A stretch of DNA of 64,000 nucleotides, from NCBI GenBank assembly GCA_963790955.1, contig CAWBQM010000001.1, positions 342,464-406,463 of the forward strand, given 5' to 3'. The notes under the pieces are model-generated. The model saw nothing but the letters and a program-made list of their open reading frames with translations. It was not told the DNA's origin and ran no database searches. A program made the position numbers and the translations under genes. This DNA is from an uncultured Chloroflexia bacterium. GTDB lineage: Bacteria > Chloroflexota > Limnocylindria > Limnocylindrales > CSP1-4. Numbering within the stretch: the first letter of the stretch is position 1; every line of letters begins with the position of its first letter. Of the stretch, positions 38,966 to 51,547 are shown piece after piece.

Positions 38966-39631
38966 ATGCTCACGCTCGTCCTCACACGGCACGGTCTGAC
39001 ACCGCGCTCCAAGCCGGAGCAGCATCTCGGGCAGAAGCTCGACGAGCCCCTGTCGGACGACGGCCGGGAGCAGGCACGCCTGCTGGCCGGGCGACTCGAC
39101 GGCGTGGACTTCGAGCAGATCTTCAGCAGCCCCCTTCGACGTGCCCTCGAGACTGCCGAGGTCGTGGCCGGTGACCGGCCGGTCGACGTCGATCGGCGCC
39201 TGCTCGAGATGGACTACGGCGAGTGGGAGGGGCTGACGTACGCGCAGATCGAGGAGCGCGACGCTCAGCGACGCCGAGCCTGGGAACACGATCCGTCGGT
39301 CCTTCGGTGCCCGGGCGGCGAGTCCGGCAACGATGTCGCGGCTCGCGCGGCCGGCTTTCTGGCCGACGTCCTCGCGCGCCACGTCGAGCGCCACGGGCAC
39401 AGCGAGGCCGACGAGCGCTCCGTCCTGGTCGTGGCCCACAGCAGCCTCAACCGTGTGCTCATGTGCGTCGCGCTCGGGCTCCCAATTCGCGAGTTCCGGC
39501 AGCGCTTCCAGCAGAGCCAGGTCAATCTGACCGTGCTGCGATTCGAGCATGGCGACGGTCCATCCGACGCACGCCTCATCCTGCTCAACGACCTCGAGCA
39601 CGTCCGGCGGGGCATGATGCCCTGGGAATGA
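38966..39631 (+). CDS. Histidine phosphatase family protein (phosphoglycerate-mutase-like)
   Basis: LVLTRHGLT (RHG motif), FSSPLRRALETAE, EMDYGEWEGLTY and VVAHSSLNRVL. Confidence 0.85.
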   Translation: MLTLVLTRHGLTPRSKPEQHLGQKLDEPLSDDGREQARLLAGRLDGVDFEQIFSSPLRRALETAEVVAGDRPVDVDRRLLEMDYGEWEGLTYAQIEERDAQRRRAWEHDPSVLRCPGGESGNDVAARAAGFLADVLARHVERHGHSEADERSVLVVAHSSLNRVLMCVALGLPIREFRQRFQQSQVNLTVLRFEHGDGPSDARLILLNDLEHVRRGMMPWE

Positions 39632-39683
39632 ACGTCAGCCGGTGAACGGCGCGGTGTCCAGGGCGAACAGCGCCCGGCGCTGC

Positions 39684-40345
39684 TCAGTCGCTGACGCGCC
39701 GCGGCCGGCCCGGCATCCCCAGTCGCCACCACACGAACAGCGCGACCGCCAGGACCACGACGATGACGATCGCCGTGTCGAACGGCTGGAGCGCGTGGCG
39801 GATCTCCTTCCAGTTGTCGCCGAGGAGCGTGCCCGCGTAGACGAGCAGCAGCGACCACGGGAACGCCCCGAGCGTCGAGTACGCGACGAACCGGCGCAGG
39901 GGCATGCGCGCGACGCCGGCCGGGAAGCTGATGAACGTGCGCACGACCGGGAGCAAGCGACTGAAGAAGGCGGTCGGCGACCCCCAGCGGGCGAAGAACT
40001 CCTCGGCCAGCTCGATCTCGTGCGGCCGGATCAGGAGGAATCGGCCCCAGCGTTCGAGGAACGGCCGGCCACCGTAGGCGCCGATGCCGTACGCGATGAG
40101 CGAGCCGGTCGTGTTGCCCGCCGTGGCCACGATCACGACGACCCAGAAGCTCCACGGGCTGTTGGTGAGTGGCTCGAGCGCGCCCGAGCTCCGACCAGGA
40201 ATCCCGCGAACGGCAGGATGAGCTCGGACGGGATGGGGATCATCGCCGACTCGATCGTCATCGCGAGGAAGACCCCGAGATAGCCGGCGGCCCCGTACAG
40301 GTTCGACAGGAACGGGATCACGATATCGTCGATGAACGCGAGCAC
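39684..40345 (-). pseudogene. DedA-family membrane protein; one frame break near 40,170
   Basis: The N-terminus is ORF 40133-40345 (GYLGVFLAMTIESAMIPIPSELILPFAGFLVG). The remainder is ORF 39684-40136 (...RLLPVVRTFISFPAGVARMPLRRF...). Confidence 0.8.
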
Positions 40346-40522
40346 GGCGAAATCTCGTTGGCTGGCCGGGTGGCCGAAACAGGGAGTACCGCGGCAGGAT
40401 AGCCGACTACGCTAGCGCCGTGAGGGACGGGCAGCGTGAGCGCCGATCGACCGACGCATCGGGGGCTGGGCGACGGGCGTCCCGGCCACGAGCACCAACC
40501 TGCCGCGGATCATTTCGACCCC

Positions 40523-42113
40523 ATGCGCCCGGCCTCGCCCGAGACGGTGATCCTGACCGGTGCCGACCTGACCGTCGCCGACGTCGAGGCCGTCGCCCGC
40601 CGGGCCGCGCCGGTCCGGCTCGACGTCCATGCCCGGGAGCGCATGCTCGAGGCCCGCGGGGTCATCGAACGCCTCGTCGCCGCGGGTGAGGTCGTGTACG
40701 GGGTCACGACCGGCTTCGGCGATCTCGCGACAACGTTCATCCCGGCCGCCGACGCCGCGGTGCTCCAGGAGAACCTGCTCCTGAGCCACGCGGCGGGCGT
40801 GGGTCCGGCCTTCCCGCGTGAGGTCGTGCGGGCCATGCTCGTGCTGCGGGCCAACACGCTCGCGCTCGGGCACTCGGGCTGTCGGCCGGAGCTCGTGGAT
40901 CGGATGCTGCGACCTCCTCGAGCGCGGCATCCACCCGGTCGTGCCCGAGCAGGGCAGCGTGGGCGCGTCGGGCGATCTCGCCCCGCTCGCGCATCTCGCC
41001 CTGCCGCTCATCGGCCGCGGCCGGGTCGAGTTCGGCGGCCAGGTGCTGCCGGCCCTCGTCGCGTTGCGCGAGGCCGGTCTGGAGCCCCTGACGCTGGGCC
41101 CGAAGGAAGGTCTCGCCCTGCTCAACGGTACCCAGATGATGTCGGCCGTCGGCGCGCTGCTCGCGGCCGATGCCGATCGGCTGGTGCGGACTGCGTCCGT
41201 CGTCGCGGCCATGTCGGTCGAGGCGCTCCTCGGCACGGACGTCGCATTCGCCGCCGCCTACCAGCTCGCTCGGCCCCACCCCGGCCAGGTCGAGGTCGCC
41301 GCCGAGCTGCGCTGGCTGCTGCGCGATTCGGGGCTGCAGGCGTCGCACCACGCGAGCACGCACAAGGTCCAGGATCCGTACTCGCTGCGCTGCATCCCTC
41401 AGGTTCACGGGGCGGTGCGCGATGCGCTCGGCTACCTCGAGCGTGTCCTCGACGTCGAGCTCAACAGCGCGACCGACAACCCGCTCGTGTTTCCGGGTGG
41501 CGGGGCGACCGACGAGCGCGCCCTGGCGACCGGGGGCGGCCTCGTCATCAGCGGCGGCAACTTCCACGGCGAGCCGATCGCACTCGCACTCGACTTCGCG
41601 AAGCTCGCCCTGGCGGAGCTTGGCTCGATCAGCGAACGACGGACCGCGCTGCTGGTCGACCCGCGGCTGTCCGGGGGCCTGCCGGCGTTCCTCACGCCGG
41701 ATCCGGGTCGGAACAGCGGTCTGATGCTGCTCCAATACACGGCCGCGGCGCTCGTGTCGGAGGACAAGGTGCTTGCTCATCCCGCATCTGTCGACTCGAT
41801 CCCAACCTCCGCCAACCAGGAGGACCACGTGTCGATGGGCTCGATCTCGGCGCGCCATGCACGGACCGTCCTGGCCAACGTCGAGCAGGTCCTTGCCATC
41901 GAGCTCATCTGCGCCGCCCAGGCGCTCGACCTGCGGCTGGCCGCCCTGGCCGGCGCCGATCCCGTTCGGCCGGGGACCGGCGTTGGCGCGGCGCGCGATC
42001 CGTTCGCAGCCGAAATCGACGCTCTCGAGGGCGATCGAGAACCAGGTCCCGATCTCGCGGCGGCCCTCGAGCTCGTCCACTCGGGGGCGCTGGCCGCGTT
42101 GTTCGTGGCCTGA
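40523..42113 (+). pseudogene. hutH: Histidine ammonia-lyase; one frame break near 40,905
   Basis: VYGVTTGFGDLA, LSHAAGVG and the MIO-forming GSVGASGDLAPLAH are present, as are LLNGTQ, NPLVF and SGGNFHGEP. The start is assigned to ATG 40523. Confidence 0.9.
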
Positions 42114-42166
42114 CCTCGGTTTCGGCGCTGGGGCACGGGGAACGCAACCGGGTAGACTCGCCGCCG

Positions 42167-42969
42167 ATGGCCGCGATCCGCATCGTCGACGTCACCGACG
42201 CCGACACCTACGCCCTCCTGCCGCCGTGCGCCGACCCGTCCTTCGACCATCGCAGCTGCGACTACTGGGAGGACGCGGATCGGGGCTCGAAGCAAGTCGC
42301 CTGAGCTGGCTCGAGCCCGGCCGCTCGATCCGCCGGCGAGTGCGGCGGCGGGCTGTCGGGCCGTCGGGCGCGGGTCGCGGTGCCAACCCGTTCGCAGTCC
42401 CGACCGACGATCTGGGGCTGCCCGAGAACCCGTTCGCCCCGGCACGGTCCGCCAGGCCGGCGGTCAATCCCTTCGCGCGCTCGGACGACGCACCGATCGA
42501 CAATCCCTTTGCGCCACGCCGACCCGAGGCGCCGGCGGCTGGGGGCCGACGGACCGCCCAAGCTCCGGCTGCTGTCGCGCGGGCTCACGGTGTTCGGCAC
42601 CTACGCCAAGGTGCTGCTGCTCGACGACGAGCCCGCCGCGTACGCGCAGTTCGGACCCCTGTCGGCGTATCCGCGCGCACGGCACGTGCGGAGCTCTACG
42701 CGCAGTTGCCCGACGCCCCGCTGCCCGCCGTCGTCACGTGCATCGCGACGACCGCGGCCGCCCGCGGCGCCGGCCACGCCCGACGGCTCGTCGATGCGGT
42801 ATGCGCCGATCTCGCGGGTCGTGGCTTCGCGGCGGTTGAGGCCTATCCGGAGATCGGCACGCGGCCCGACGCGACGAGTGCGGCCGTGCCCGCGTTCTGG
42901 CTGGCGTGCGGCTTCACGCTCGCCGTCGACGACGAGCGCTACCCGGTCGTCCGACGAGAGCTGGAGTGA
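42167..42969 (+). pseudogene. GNAT-like acetyltransferase with a low-complexity NPF-repeat linker; 3 frame breaks
   Basis: MAAIRIVDVTDADTYALLPPCADPSFDHRSCDYWEDADRGSK / NPF-repeat linker / [29 protein letters not shown] / [40 protein letters not shown]...FWLACGF (acetyl-CoA-binding-like). The family call is tentative. Confidence 0.55.
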
Positions 42970-43661
42970 GGCGCCCGAACCGTCGCCGGCCGTCCTGGGG
43001 GCCGGGTCCGTCGCGCATCTGGGCGCCGGCCGTGGCGTTCCTCGCGGCCGCCACGATCGTGGGCGCGTGCCGGGGAGCAGCGCGAGCCCCACACCGGCTC
43101 GGTCGGCGGCCGCATCCGCGGGCAGCAGCCTCGCGACCCCGGCCGGGATCACGCCCGGGACCAGCCCCGGTTCCGGCGCCTCCGGGAGCGCGGGCTCCAG
43201 CGCGCGGCCTCGCGATCGACACCGGCCTGCTCGATCTCCTGCCGGGCTCGATCGGCGGGCTCGATCGGCAGAACGATGCCGACGCCGATCACAGCATCGA
43301 GACCGATCCCGCGTTGGCCGGCATGGCCGATCAATTCACGACCGCCTTCTACGGCAACCTCGATCCGAATCGGGCCGAGACCGTGTTCGTGATCGCCATG
43401 CATGCACGGCAGGGCGCCCTGGCCGATCAGCGCTTCGGCGACTGGCGCGAGACATACGGCCAGGGCGCGTGCGAGGACGCGGGTGGTGTCGTCGGGTCGG
43501 CCGAGAGCACGATCGGCGAGCGCCAGGTGTTCGTCGTGCGATGCGTCGAGGGCGAGATCGTGTACTACGTCCCGCTCGCCGACTGCGGCGAGCTGTTGAC
43601 GATCGATGCGGTCAGCACTCGCGACCTGGGACGGACGCTCGTGGAGCACATCCAGGGCTGA
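42966..43661 (+). CDS. Lipoprotein, function unknown (tether region possibly affected by two compensating frame breaks)
   Basis: The GTG overlaps the GNAT stop. Lipobox ATIVGAC|R. The neighbouring frame reads a Ser/Ala/Thr/Pro tether like those of the other lipoproteins here. The body is ...[29 protein letters not shown]... Confidence 0.55.
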   Translation: MRRPNRRRPSWGPGPSRIWAPAVAFLAAATIVGACRGAARAPHRLGRRPHPRAAASRPRPGSRPGPAPVPAPPGARAPARGLAIDTGLLDLLPGSIGGLDRQNDADADHSIETDPALAGMADQFTTAFYGNLDPNRAETVFVIAMHARQGALADQRFGDWRETYGQGACEDAGGVVGSAESTIGERQVFVVRCVEGEIVYYVPLADCGELLTIDAVSTRDLGRTLVEHIQG

Positions 43662-43690
43662 GGCCGACGGCCGGGACTACCATCCAATAC

Positions 43691-45412
<1,722 letters not shown>

Positions 45413-45433
45413 GCCCCGCGGGCGCGGCCGTCG

Positions 45434-46814
45434 CTAGCGGTCGTCGTCGAGGAGCGCGTCGCCTCCGGCCGGGCGTGTCAGCGGCGCGCTCGAGCCGACC
45501 GCGTGCGGCCCCTCGTCGAGCGCCTCGCCGATCTCGATCTCCGTCGCCGGCGCGGGCGCCTCCTCGAGCGGCGCCGGCATCTCGCGCAGCGAGCGGACCG
45601 GTGAGAAGAGCACGAACAGGAACGGCGTGCACGAGCCGATCGCGCCGACCCAGATCGCGGTCGGCAGCCCGAACCTGGCGCCCAGCTGGCCGCCGATGAT
45701 CTGCCCGAGGGGGATCGTGCCCCACACGATGAAGCGCATCGTGGCATTCATCCGGCCCTGCATCCGGGGCGGCGTGATGGCCTGCCGGAAGCTGACCTGG
45801 TTGATGTTGTAGACGAGCGCCGACACGCTCGTGATGAAGATCGCGCCGGCCAGATACGGCAGCGCCCCGGCGTCGTGTGGTGCGATCGCGAACAGGAGGA
45901 TGCCCGGGCCGCCGAGCGCGATCGAGAGCACGATCGCCGGCCCGACGCCGATGATCGAGGCGACGCGGTTGGCGATGACCGCGCCCAGCAGCGAGCCGAG
46001 GCTCCCGATCCCGAATGCGAACCCGAGCTGCTCCGAGCCGAGGTGCAGCTCGTTGGCCGCATACAGGATCAGGATCGAGAACACGATGTTCGAGAACAGG
46101 TTGGAGGTCGCCGTCGCGCCCGCGATCATGCGCAGGTACGGATGGCCGAGCACGTAGCGCAGGCCGATGCGGATCTCGCCCGCCATCCCCGGGCGCTTGC
46201 CTTCGGCGTGGACTTCGGGCGGCGGCTCGGCCTTCCGGATCAGGAACACGCCGCAGGCCGAACCGATGTAGCTGATCGAGTCGGCCACGATCGCGATGGG
46301 CGCCGAGACGAGCGCGATCAGCACACCCGACACCGACGGACCTACGATCTGCGCCGCGGAGCGGCTGATCTCGAGCTTGGAATTGCCCTCGACGATCTGC
46401 TTGCGGTCGACGAGCGAGGGCAGGTAGCTCTGGTAGGCGACGTCGAAGAACACGGTCAGGATGCCGTTCATGAAGCCCACGACGTAGAGCTGGTAGATGG
46501 ACAGCACGCCGAGCTCGTACGCGATGGGGATCGAGGCCAGGCTCAGCGCACGACCGAGGTCGCCGCACGATCAGGATCGGCCGGCGTGGCAGGCGATCGA
46601 CCCACACCCCGGCCGGCAGGCTGATGAGGATGAACGGCAGGAACTCGAACACGCCCAGCAGCGCGAACTCGTCGGCGCGGACCTTGAGGATCGTCGCCGC
46701 GACCCAGGGCACCGCCAGCAGGCTGACCTGAGTCCCGAACTGACTGACGGTCTCGGCCGACCACAGCTTCATGAAATCGGCGTGGCGCCAGAGGCTGCGG
46801 GTCGGGGACGTCAT
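45434..46814 (-). pseudogene. MFS transporter; one frame break near 46,550
   Basis: The N-terminus (FMKLWSAETVSQFGTQVSLLAVPWVAATIL...LPAGVWVDRLPRRPILIV) is in ORF 45294-46814. The rest is ORF 45434-46507. Confidence 0.8.
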
Positions 46815-46976
46815 GGCACCCTCGAGCGAATGGAGGTGTCGCGAACGCCATGCTCGGCGAGGCTCGCGTTAGTCTACGGTCTAACTTCTGTTAGTCAAAC
46901 CTTCCTTATAGGCACCGTCCAGAGGATCGTGGCTGCCGCCCGCGCGACCTCTGCACGATGGTCCCCGCCAAGCGGC

Positions 46977-47991
46977 ATGATTTCGCTCATGCCCGGTCTC
47001 GTCGAATCGGTGCCCAACTTCTCCGAGGGTCGCAGGCCCGAGGTCGTCGATCGCCTGGCCGAGGCGGCCTCGAGCCGGCCCGGGGTGCACCTGCTCGATC
47101 GCACGTCGGACGCGAGCCACAACCGTAGCGTGCTGACCCTGGCCGGTCCGGCCGAAGGCGTCGCCGACGCCCTCGAGGCGGCCGTCGCCGTCGCCGTTGA
47201 CGCCATCGACATGGAGACCCAGCACGGCGAGCATCCTCGGATCGGTGCCGTCGACGTCGTCCCGTTCGTGCCCCTCGCGGGCACGACGATGGCCGAGGCC
47301 GTCGATGTCGCTCGCTCGTTCGGTGCGCGCATCGCGGACCGCTTCGACCTGCCGGTCTACCTGTACGCGGAGGCAGCGACGAGATCGGACCGGGTCAAGC
47401 TCGCCGAGGTGCGCCGCGGCCAGTACGAGGGCCTCAAGGTCCGAGATCGGGCAGCGCGGTCGCGAGCCCGACTTCGGCCCGGCACGGACACACCCGTCGG
47501 CCGGCGCCGTCGCCGTGGGCGCCCGCCCGTTCCTCATCGCCTACAACATCAACCTCGACTCGACCGACGTCGAGCTGGCCAAGCGCATCGCCCGGCGCGT
47601 CCGCGAGTCGGGCGGCGGTCTGGCGCGTGTCCAGGCCAACGGCTTCTGGATCGAGGAGCTGCAGCGGGCCCAGGTGTCGATGAACCTGCTCGACTTCGCC
47701 ACGACGCCGATGTGGCTCGTGTGGCAGTCGGTCGAGGACCTGGCCGCCGAGGATGGCGTGCGGCTGGCCGAATTGGAGCTGATCGGACTCGTGCCCCAGG
47801 CGGCCCTGCTCGACGTCGCGGACCACGTCGGCGTGGCGTCGGGCTCGCCGCTCGAGCGCCGCCTCGAGGCCGCCGCGGCGTACCTCCAGGTCCGCGACTA
47901 CAGCCCCATGCAGGTCCTCGAGTTGCGCCTCGCCGCGGCCGAGGCGGGCGAGGCGCCCGGGGCCGCGCCAGGGTCGGGCGGCGACGCATGA
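46977..47991 (+). pseudogene. Glutamate formimidoyltransferase (FTCD N-terminal domain-like); one frame break near 47,440
   Basis: VESVPNFSEGRR, DASHNRSVLTLAG, HPRIGAVDVVPFVPL and YLYAEAA...L.EVRRGQYEGLK are present, then (frame of ORF 47197) PDFGP...HPSAGAVAVGARPFLIAYNINL. An alternative ATG is at 46989. Confidence 0.85.
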
Positions 47992-48031
47992 CCCGAGCGC
48001 GCATCCACCCACGACCGGACCGGACGGCGAC

Positions 48032-49396
48032 GTGACCCTGCGGGTGATCAGCGGCGGTCGCGGTCAGGGCCCGGCGGCGGGCCTGCTCGTGACCGGCGCG
48101 CGTGAGATCGCGACGCTCGCCGGTGGCCTGCGGCGCGGTCCGAGCCAGGCTGACCTCGCCCTGCTCGACGCGACGCCGGCCGGTGGACCGGACAGCCCGA
48201 CGGCCCCGATCATCGCCGCCTGGGAGGGCCGCATCGTGGCCGTGGGGGCGCGCGATCAGGTCGAACACGGCATCGAGGCCGCCGGCCTGCGGCTCGCGAA
48301 CTTCGTGCGCATCGACGCGCGCGGCGGGAGCGTCACGCCGGGTCTCGTCGACCCGCACACGCACCTGCTGTTCGCCGGCAGCCGCGAGGGCGAGCTGCTC
48401 CTCCGCCAACAGGGCGCGGGCTACCTCGAGATCTTGGCCGCCGGTGGCGGCATCCTGTCGACGGTCGCGGCGACCCGCGCGGCGCGCGACGATGAGCTGC
48501 TTGCGCACGGCCGTCGCTGGCTCGGCCAGATGCTCCGCCACGGCACGACCACGATCGAGGCCAAGTCCGGCTACGGTCTCGACCTGCCGACCGAGCTGCG
48601 CCTGCTCGACATCGCGCACCGCCTCGACCGCGATACGCCGATCGACGTCGTGCCAACGTTCCTCGGGGCGCACGCGGTCCCGGCGGAGTATCGCGGCCGA
48701 CCAAACGGCACGGAGGCCTACGTCCGGTCGGTCATCGAGGAACAGATCCCGGGCGTCGCCGCGCAGGGCCGGGCCCGGTTCTGCGACGTGTTCTGCGAGA
48801 CGGGCGTGTTCACCGCCGACGAGTCGCGACGGATCCTCGAAGCGGCGCGCGTCTTCGGGCTCGAGCCGCGGCTGCATGCCGACGAGCTCGCGCCATCGGG
48901 TGGCGCCGAGTTGGCAGCCGAGATCGGCGCCGCCTCCGCCGACCACCTCGGTGCGCCCTCGGACGCGGGGCTGGCGGCGCTCTCGGCCGCCGCCGAGACC
49001 GACCATCCGGTCGTGGCCACGCTGCTGCCGGCGACGACGTGGTTCCTCATGAAGGACCACGATGCGCCCGCCCGGCGCATCATCGAGGCCGGCATTCCCG
49101 TGGCGCTCGGCACCGACTTCAATCCCGGCACGTCGCCGACGCCGTCGCTACCTCTGGTTTTGACGCTGGCCTGCCTGCGACTGGCGATGACCCCGGCCGA
49201 GGCGCTGGCCGCGGTGACCATCAATGCGGCGCACTCGCTGGGCCTCGCCGACGAGATCGGCTCCATCGAGCCGGGCAAGGCCGCCGATCTCGTGATCTGG
49301 CGGGTGCCGAGCACGGGCCAGATCCCGTACTGGCCGGCCGCGGATCTCGTGGCGACGGTCATCAAAAACGGCCGGGTCGTGCACGAGGCGAGCTGA
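48032..49396 (+). CDS. hutI: Imidazolonepropionase
   Basis: 454 aa and uninterrupted. VTPGLVDPHTHLLFAGSR, GGGILSTV, GTTTIEAKSGYGL, HADEL, GTDFNPGTSP and GSIEPGKAADLVIW. Confidence 0.92.
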   Translation: MTLRVISGGRGQGPAAGLLVTGAREIATLAGGLRRGPSQADLALLDATPAGGPDSPTAPIIAAWEGRIVAVGARDQVEHGIEAAGLRLANFVRIDARGGSVTPGLVDPHTHLLFAGSREGELLLRQQGAGYLEILAAGGGILSTVAATRAARDDELLAHGRRWLGQMLRHGTTTIEAKSGYGLDLPTELRLLDIAHRLDRDTPIDVVPTFLGAHAVPAEYRGRPNGTEAYVRSVIEEQIPGVAAQGRARFCDVFCETGVFTADESRRILEAARVFGLEPRLHADELAPSGGAELAAEIGAASADHLGAPSDAGLAALSAAAETDHPVVATLLPATTWFLMKDHDAPARRIIEAGIPVALGTDFNPGTSPTPSLPLVLTLACLRLAMTPAEALAAVTINAAHSLGLADEIGSIEPGKAADLVIWRVPSTGQIPYWPAADLVATVIKNGRVVHEAS

Positions 49397-49490
49397 CCCG
49401 GGGCGTGCCGGCCATGACCGGCGCGGCGGCCTAGAGTAACGACCGGCGACGATCCGCGGACGGCCCCGGCCGACACCGAAGGGAGTGACG

Positions 49491-50537
49491 ATGACGACCA
49501 ACGAACCGACCCAGCTGGGTGTGGTGGGGCTCGGGCGCATGGGCGCGAACATCGCGCGGCGCCTGATGCGAGCGGGACATGAGGTCGTCGTGACGAACCG
49601 TTCCCTGGGCCCCGTCCGACAGCTCGAAGGCGAGGGCGCGACCGGCGCGGATGACCTGGCCTCGTTCGTCAAGGGGCTCCGTCCGCCGCGGGCCGCGTGG
49701 ATCATGGTCCCGGCCGGGACGGTCACCGACCACCTGGTCGGGCAGCTCGGCGAGCTCCTCGAGCCCGGCGACACGATCATCGACGGTGGCAACAGCTACT
49801 ACCGCGACGACATCCGTCATGCCGCCGAGCTGCGGACCAAGGGCATCCACTTCGTCGACATCGGGACGAGCGGTGGGGTCTGGGGTCTCGAGCGCGGCTT
49901 CTGCCTCATGATCGGCGGTGAGGACGAGGTGATCGATCGCCTGCGGCCGGTGTTCGAGACCCTCGCGCCCGGGCTCGACACGGCACCGCGCACGCCGAAC
50001 CGGAGCGGCCCGGCCGCGCCGGCCGAGCAGGGCTGGCTGCACTGCGGTCCGAACGGTGCCGGGCACTTCGTCAAGATGGTCCACAACGGCATCGAATACG
50101 GGGTGATGGCCGCCTACGCCGAGGGTCTCGCGATCCTGCGCGGCGCGAACGCCGGCACGGCGGAACGGATCGCCGACGCCGAGACGGCGCCCCTCGGCAA
50201 CCCCGAGTTCTATCAGTACACGTTCGACCTGTCGGAGGTCACCGAGGTCTGGCGGCGAGGCAGCGTGATCGGCTCGTGGCTGCTCGACCTGACCGCGGGC
50301 GCCCTGCTCGAGTCACCGACGTTGTCGGACTTCAGCGGCCGGGTGAGCGACTCGGGCGAGGGTCGGTGGACGTCCATCGCGGCGATCGAGGAGGGCGTGC
50401 CGGCATATGTCCTGACCTCGGCCGTGTACGAACGCTTCAGCTCACGCGACGAAGGCGACTTCGCCAACAAGGTCCTGTCGGCCATGCGCAAGCAGTTCGG
50501 CGGCCACTTCGAGAAGCCACTCGAGACGGGCCCGTAG
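49491..50537 (+). CDS. gnd: 6-phosphogluconate dehydrogenase (decarboxylating), short YqeC/Gnd-like form
   Basis: LGVVGLGRMGANIARRL, IIDGGNSYY, DIGTSGGVWGLERG, GAGHFVKMVHNGIEYG and SDSGEGRWT. The ATG at 49491 sits 6 nt after GGGAG; the ORF-track GTG is at 49485. Confidence 0.88.
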   Translation: MTTNEPTQLGVVGLGRMGANIARRLMRAGHEVVVTNRSLGPVRQLEGEGATGADDLASFVKGLRPPRAAWIMVPAGTVTDHLVGQLGELLEPGDTIIDGGNSYYRDDIRHAAELRTKGIHFVDIGTSGGVWGLERGFCLMIGGEDEVIDRLRPVFETLAPGLDTAPRTPNRSGPAAPAEQGWLHCGPNGAGHFVKMVHNGIEYGVMAAYAEGLAILRGANAGTAERIADAETAPLGNPEFYQYTFDLSEVTEVWRRGSVIGSWLLDLTAGALLESPTLSDFSGRVSDSGEGRWTSIAAIEEGVPAYVLTSAVYERFSSRDEGDFANKVLSAMRKQFGGHFEKPLETGP

Positions 50538-51264
50538 CGGCGTCCCGGCCGCCGCCCGTGTGATGGCGGCGGTCTAGGCGGGCGTGGCGCTCGCGACCTT
50601 GCCCCGCGATTTCGAGCAGCACCGCCGTCGTTTCCTGCGGCAGCGATGACGGCGTGACCTGGAGCTTGGGCTGCGTGCTCGGGACCCCGCCCATCTCGTG
50701 GAAGAAGCGTGCCAGGGCCTCGTCGCACGCGGCCTCGTCCTCGCACACCGGCATGGGCACGACGATTCGAGGATCGAGCTGCGCGAGCAGATCGGCGACC
50801 TTGGTCGGCGACAGGTTGCCGCCGATCGGGACGCAGGCGACGTCGACCGGCCCGACGTCCGACAGGCGTTCCTCGGTGAGCAGGTGGCCGATGTCACCGA
50901 GGTGGAACGTGTGGATCCCGTCGAGCTCGATCGAGAACGCGGTCTGGCGGCCGTTGCGTGCGCCCTGCTGATCGTCGCGGTGCGTCCGCACCGCGGTCAG
51001 GAGGACGTGCTTGACCTCGTACTCGCCCGGGCCGTCGAGCGTGAACGCCTCGTCGAGGCTCGAGGGCAGATGTGTCCGTCCGTCCCGCGAGAGGCGGCCT
51101 TTGGCCTTCGGTAGGGGCGCGTCGTCGGGATGGCTGAACGTGACGATGTCGCCGGTGATGCCGCGGCCGGTCGGTCCCACGACCGACTGGTAGGGATCGC
51201 AAACGACCACGGCGTCCCTGCCGCGCAGGCGGACGCACGTGCGCCCGTACCAGGTGAGTTCCAT
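50437..51264 (-). CDS. MBL-fold metallo-hydrolase (UPF0173-like); 3' tail doubtful
   Basis: MELTWYGRTCVRLRGRDAVVVCDP...FSHPDD...IHTFHLGDIGH...VACVPIGG. Homology seems to end near ...AVLLEI (about 50,600). The remaining 45 codons overlap the gnd 3' end in antisense, so an indel with the real stop near 50574 is possible. Confidence 0.7.
   Translation of the reverse strand: MELTWYGRTCVRLRGRDAVVVCDPYQSVVGPTGRGITGDIVTFSHPDDAPLPKAKGRLSRDGRTHLPSSLDEAFTLDGPGEYEVKHVLLTAVRTHRDDQQGARNGRQTAFSIELDGIHTFHLGDIGHLLTEERLSDVGPVDVACVPIGGNLSPTKVADLLAQLDPRIVVPMPVCEDEAACDEALARFFHEMGGVPSTQPKLQVTPSSLPQETTAVLLEIAGQGRERHARLDRRHHTGGGRDAATGPSRVASRSGRRTACAWPTGPCWRSRLRRVS
50549..50572. terminator. GC-rich hairpin between the convergent gnd and MBL genes
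   Basis: CCGCCGCC-cgtgtgat-GGCGGCGG, 12 nt after the gnd stop. There is no U-tract, so this is a weak call. Confidence 0.3.
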
Positions 51265-51547
51265 GGCGCCGATTCTGGCACACGCCGCTCGCCCGACGCT
51301 TGCCCGACCGACCGGCCGCCTCGCCCAGTTCCGGTCCCAGAAATGGGAGGACCGGAGGCGCCTGCCCAATCGGCGCCTCCGGTCGGAGGGAGGGAGGATG
51401 GAACCTGAGGGTTCGTTCCGAGCAAGACACTACTCGCGACCTGTTCATCCCCGAGAGGGCAAGCGATTAAGAAAGCGACATTCGGTCGGGCACGACGGGA
51501 CGATCGATCCGCCGCCCGGGCGGCAGGTGCGTGCGACAATCCGGCGC

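Noticed and set aside
47549-49060. 503-aa minus-strand ORF opposite hutI and the formimidoyltransferase 3' end
   Set aside because: It is antisense to two genes with strong family motifs, with extreme Arg/Pro/Gly content. It is a high-GC artefact.
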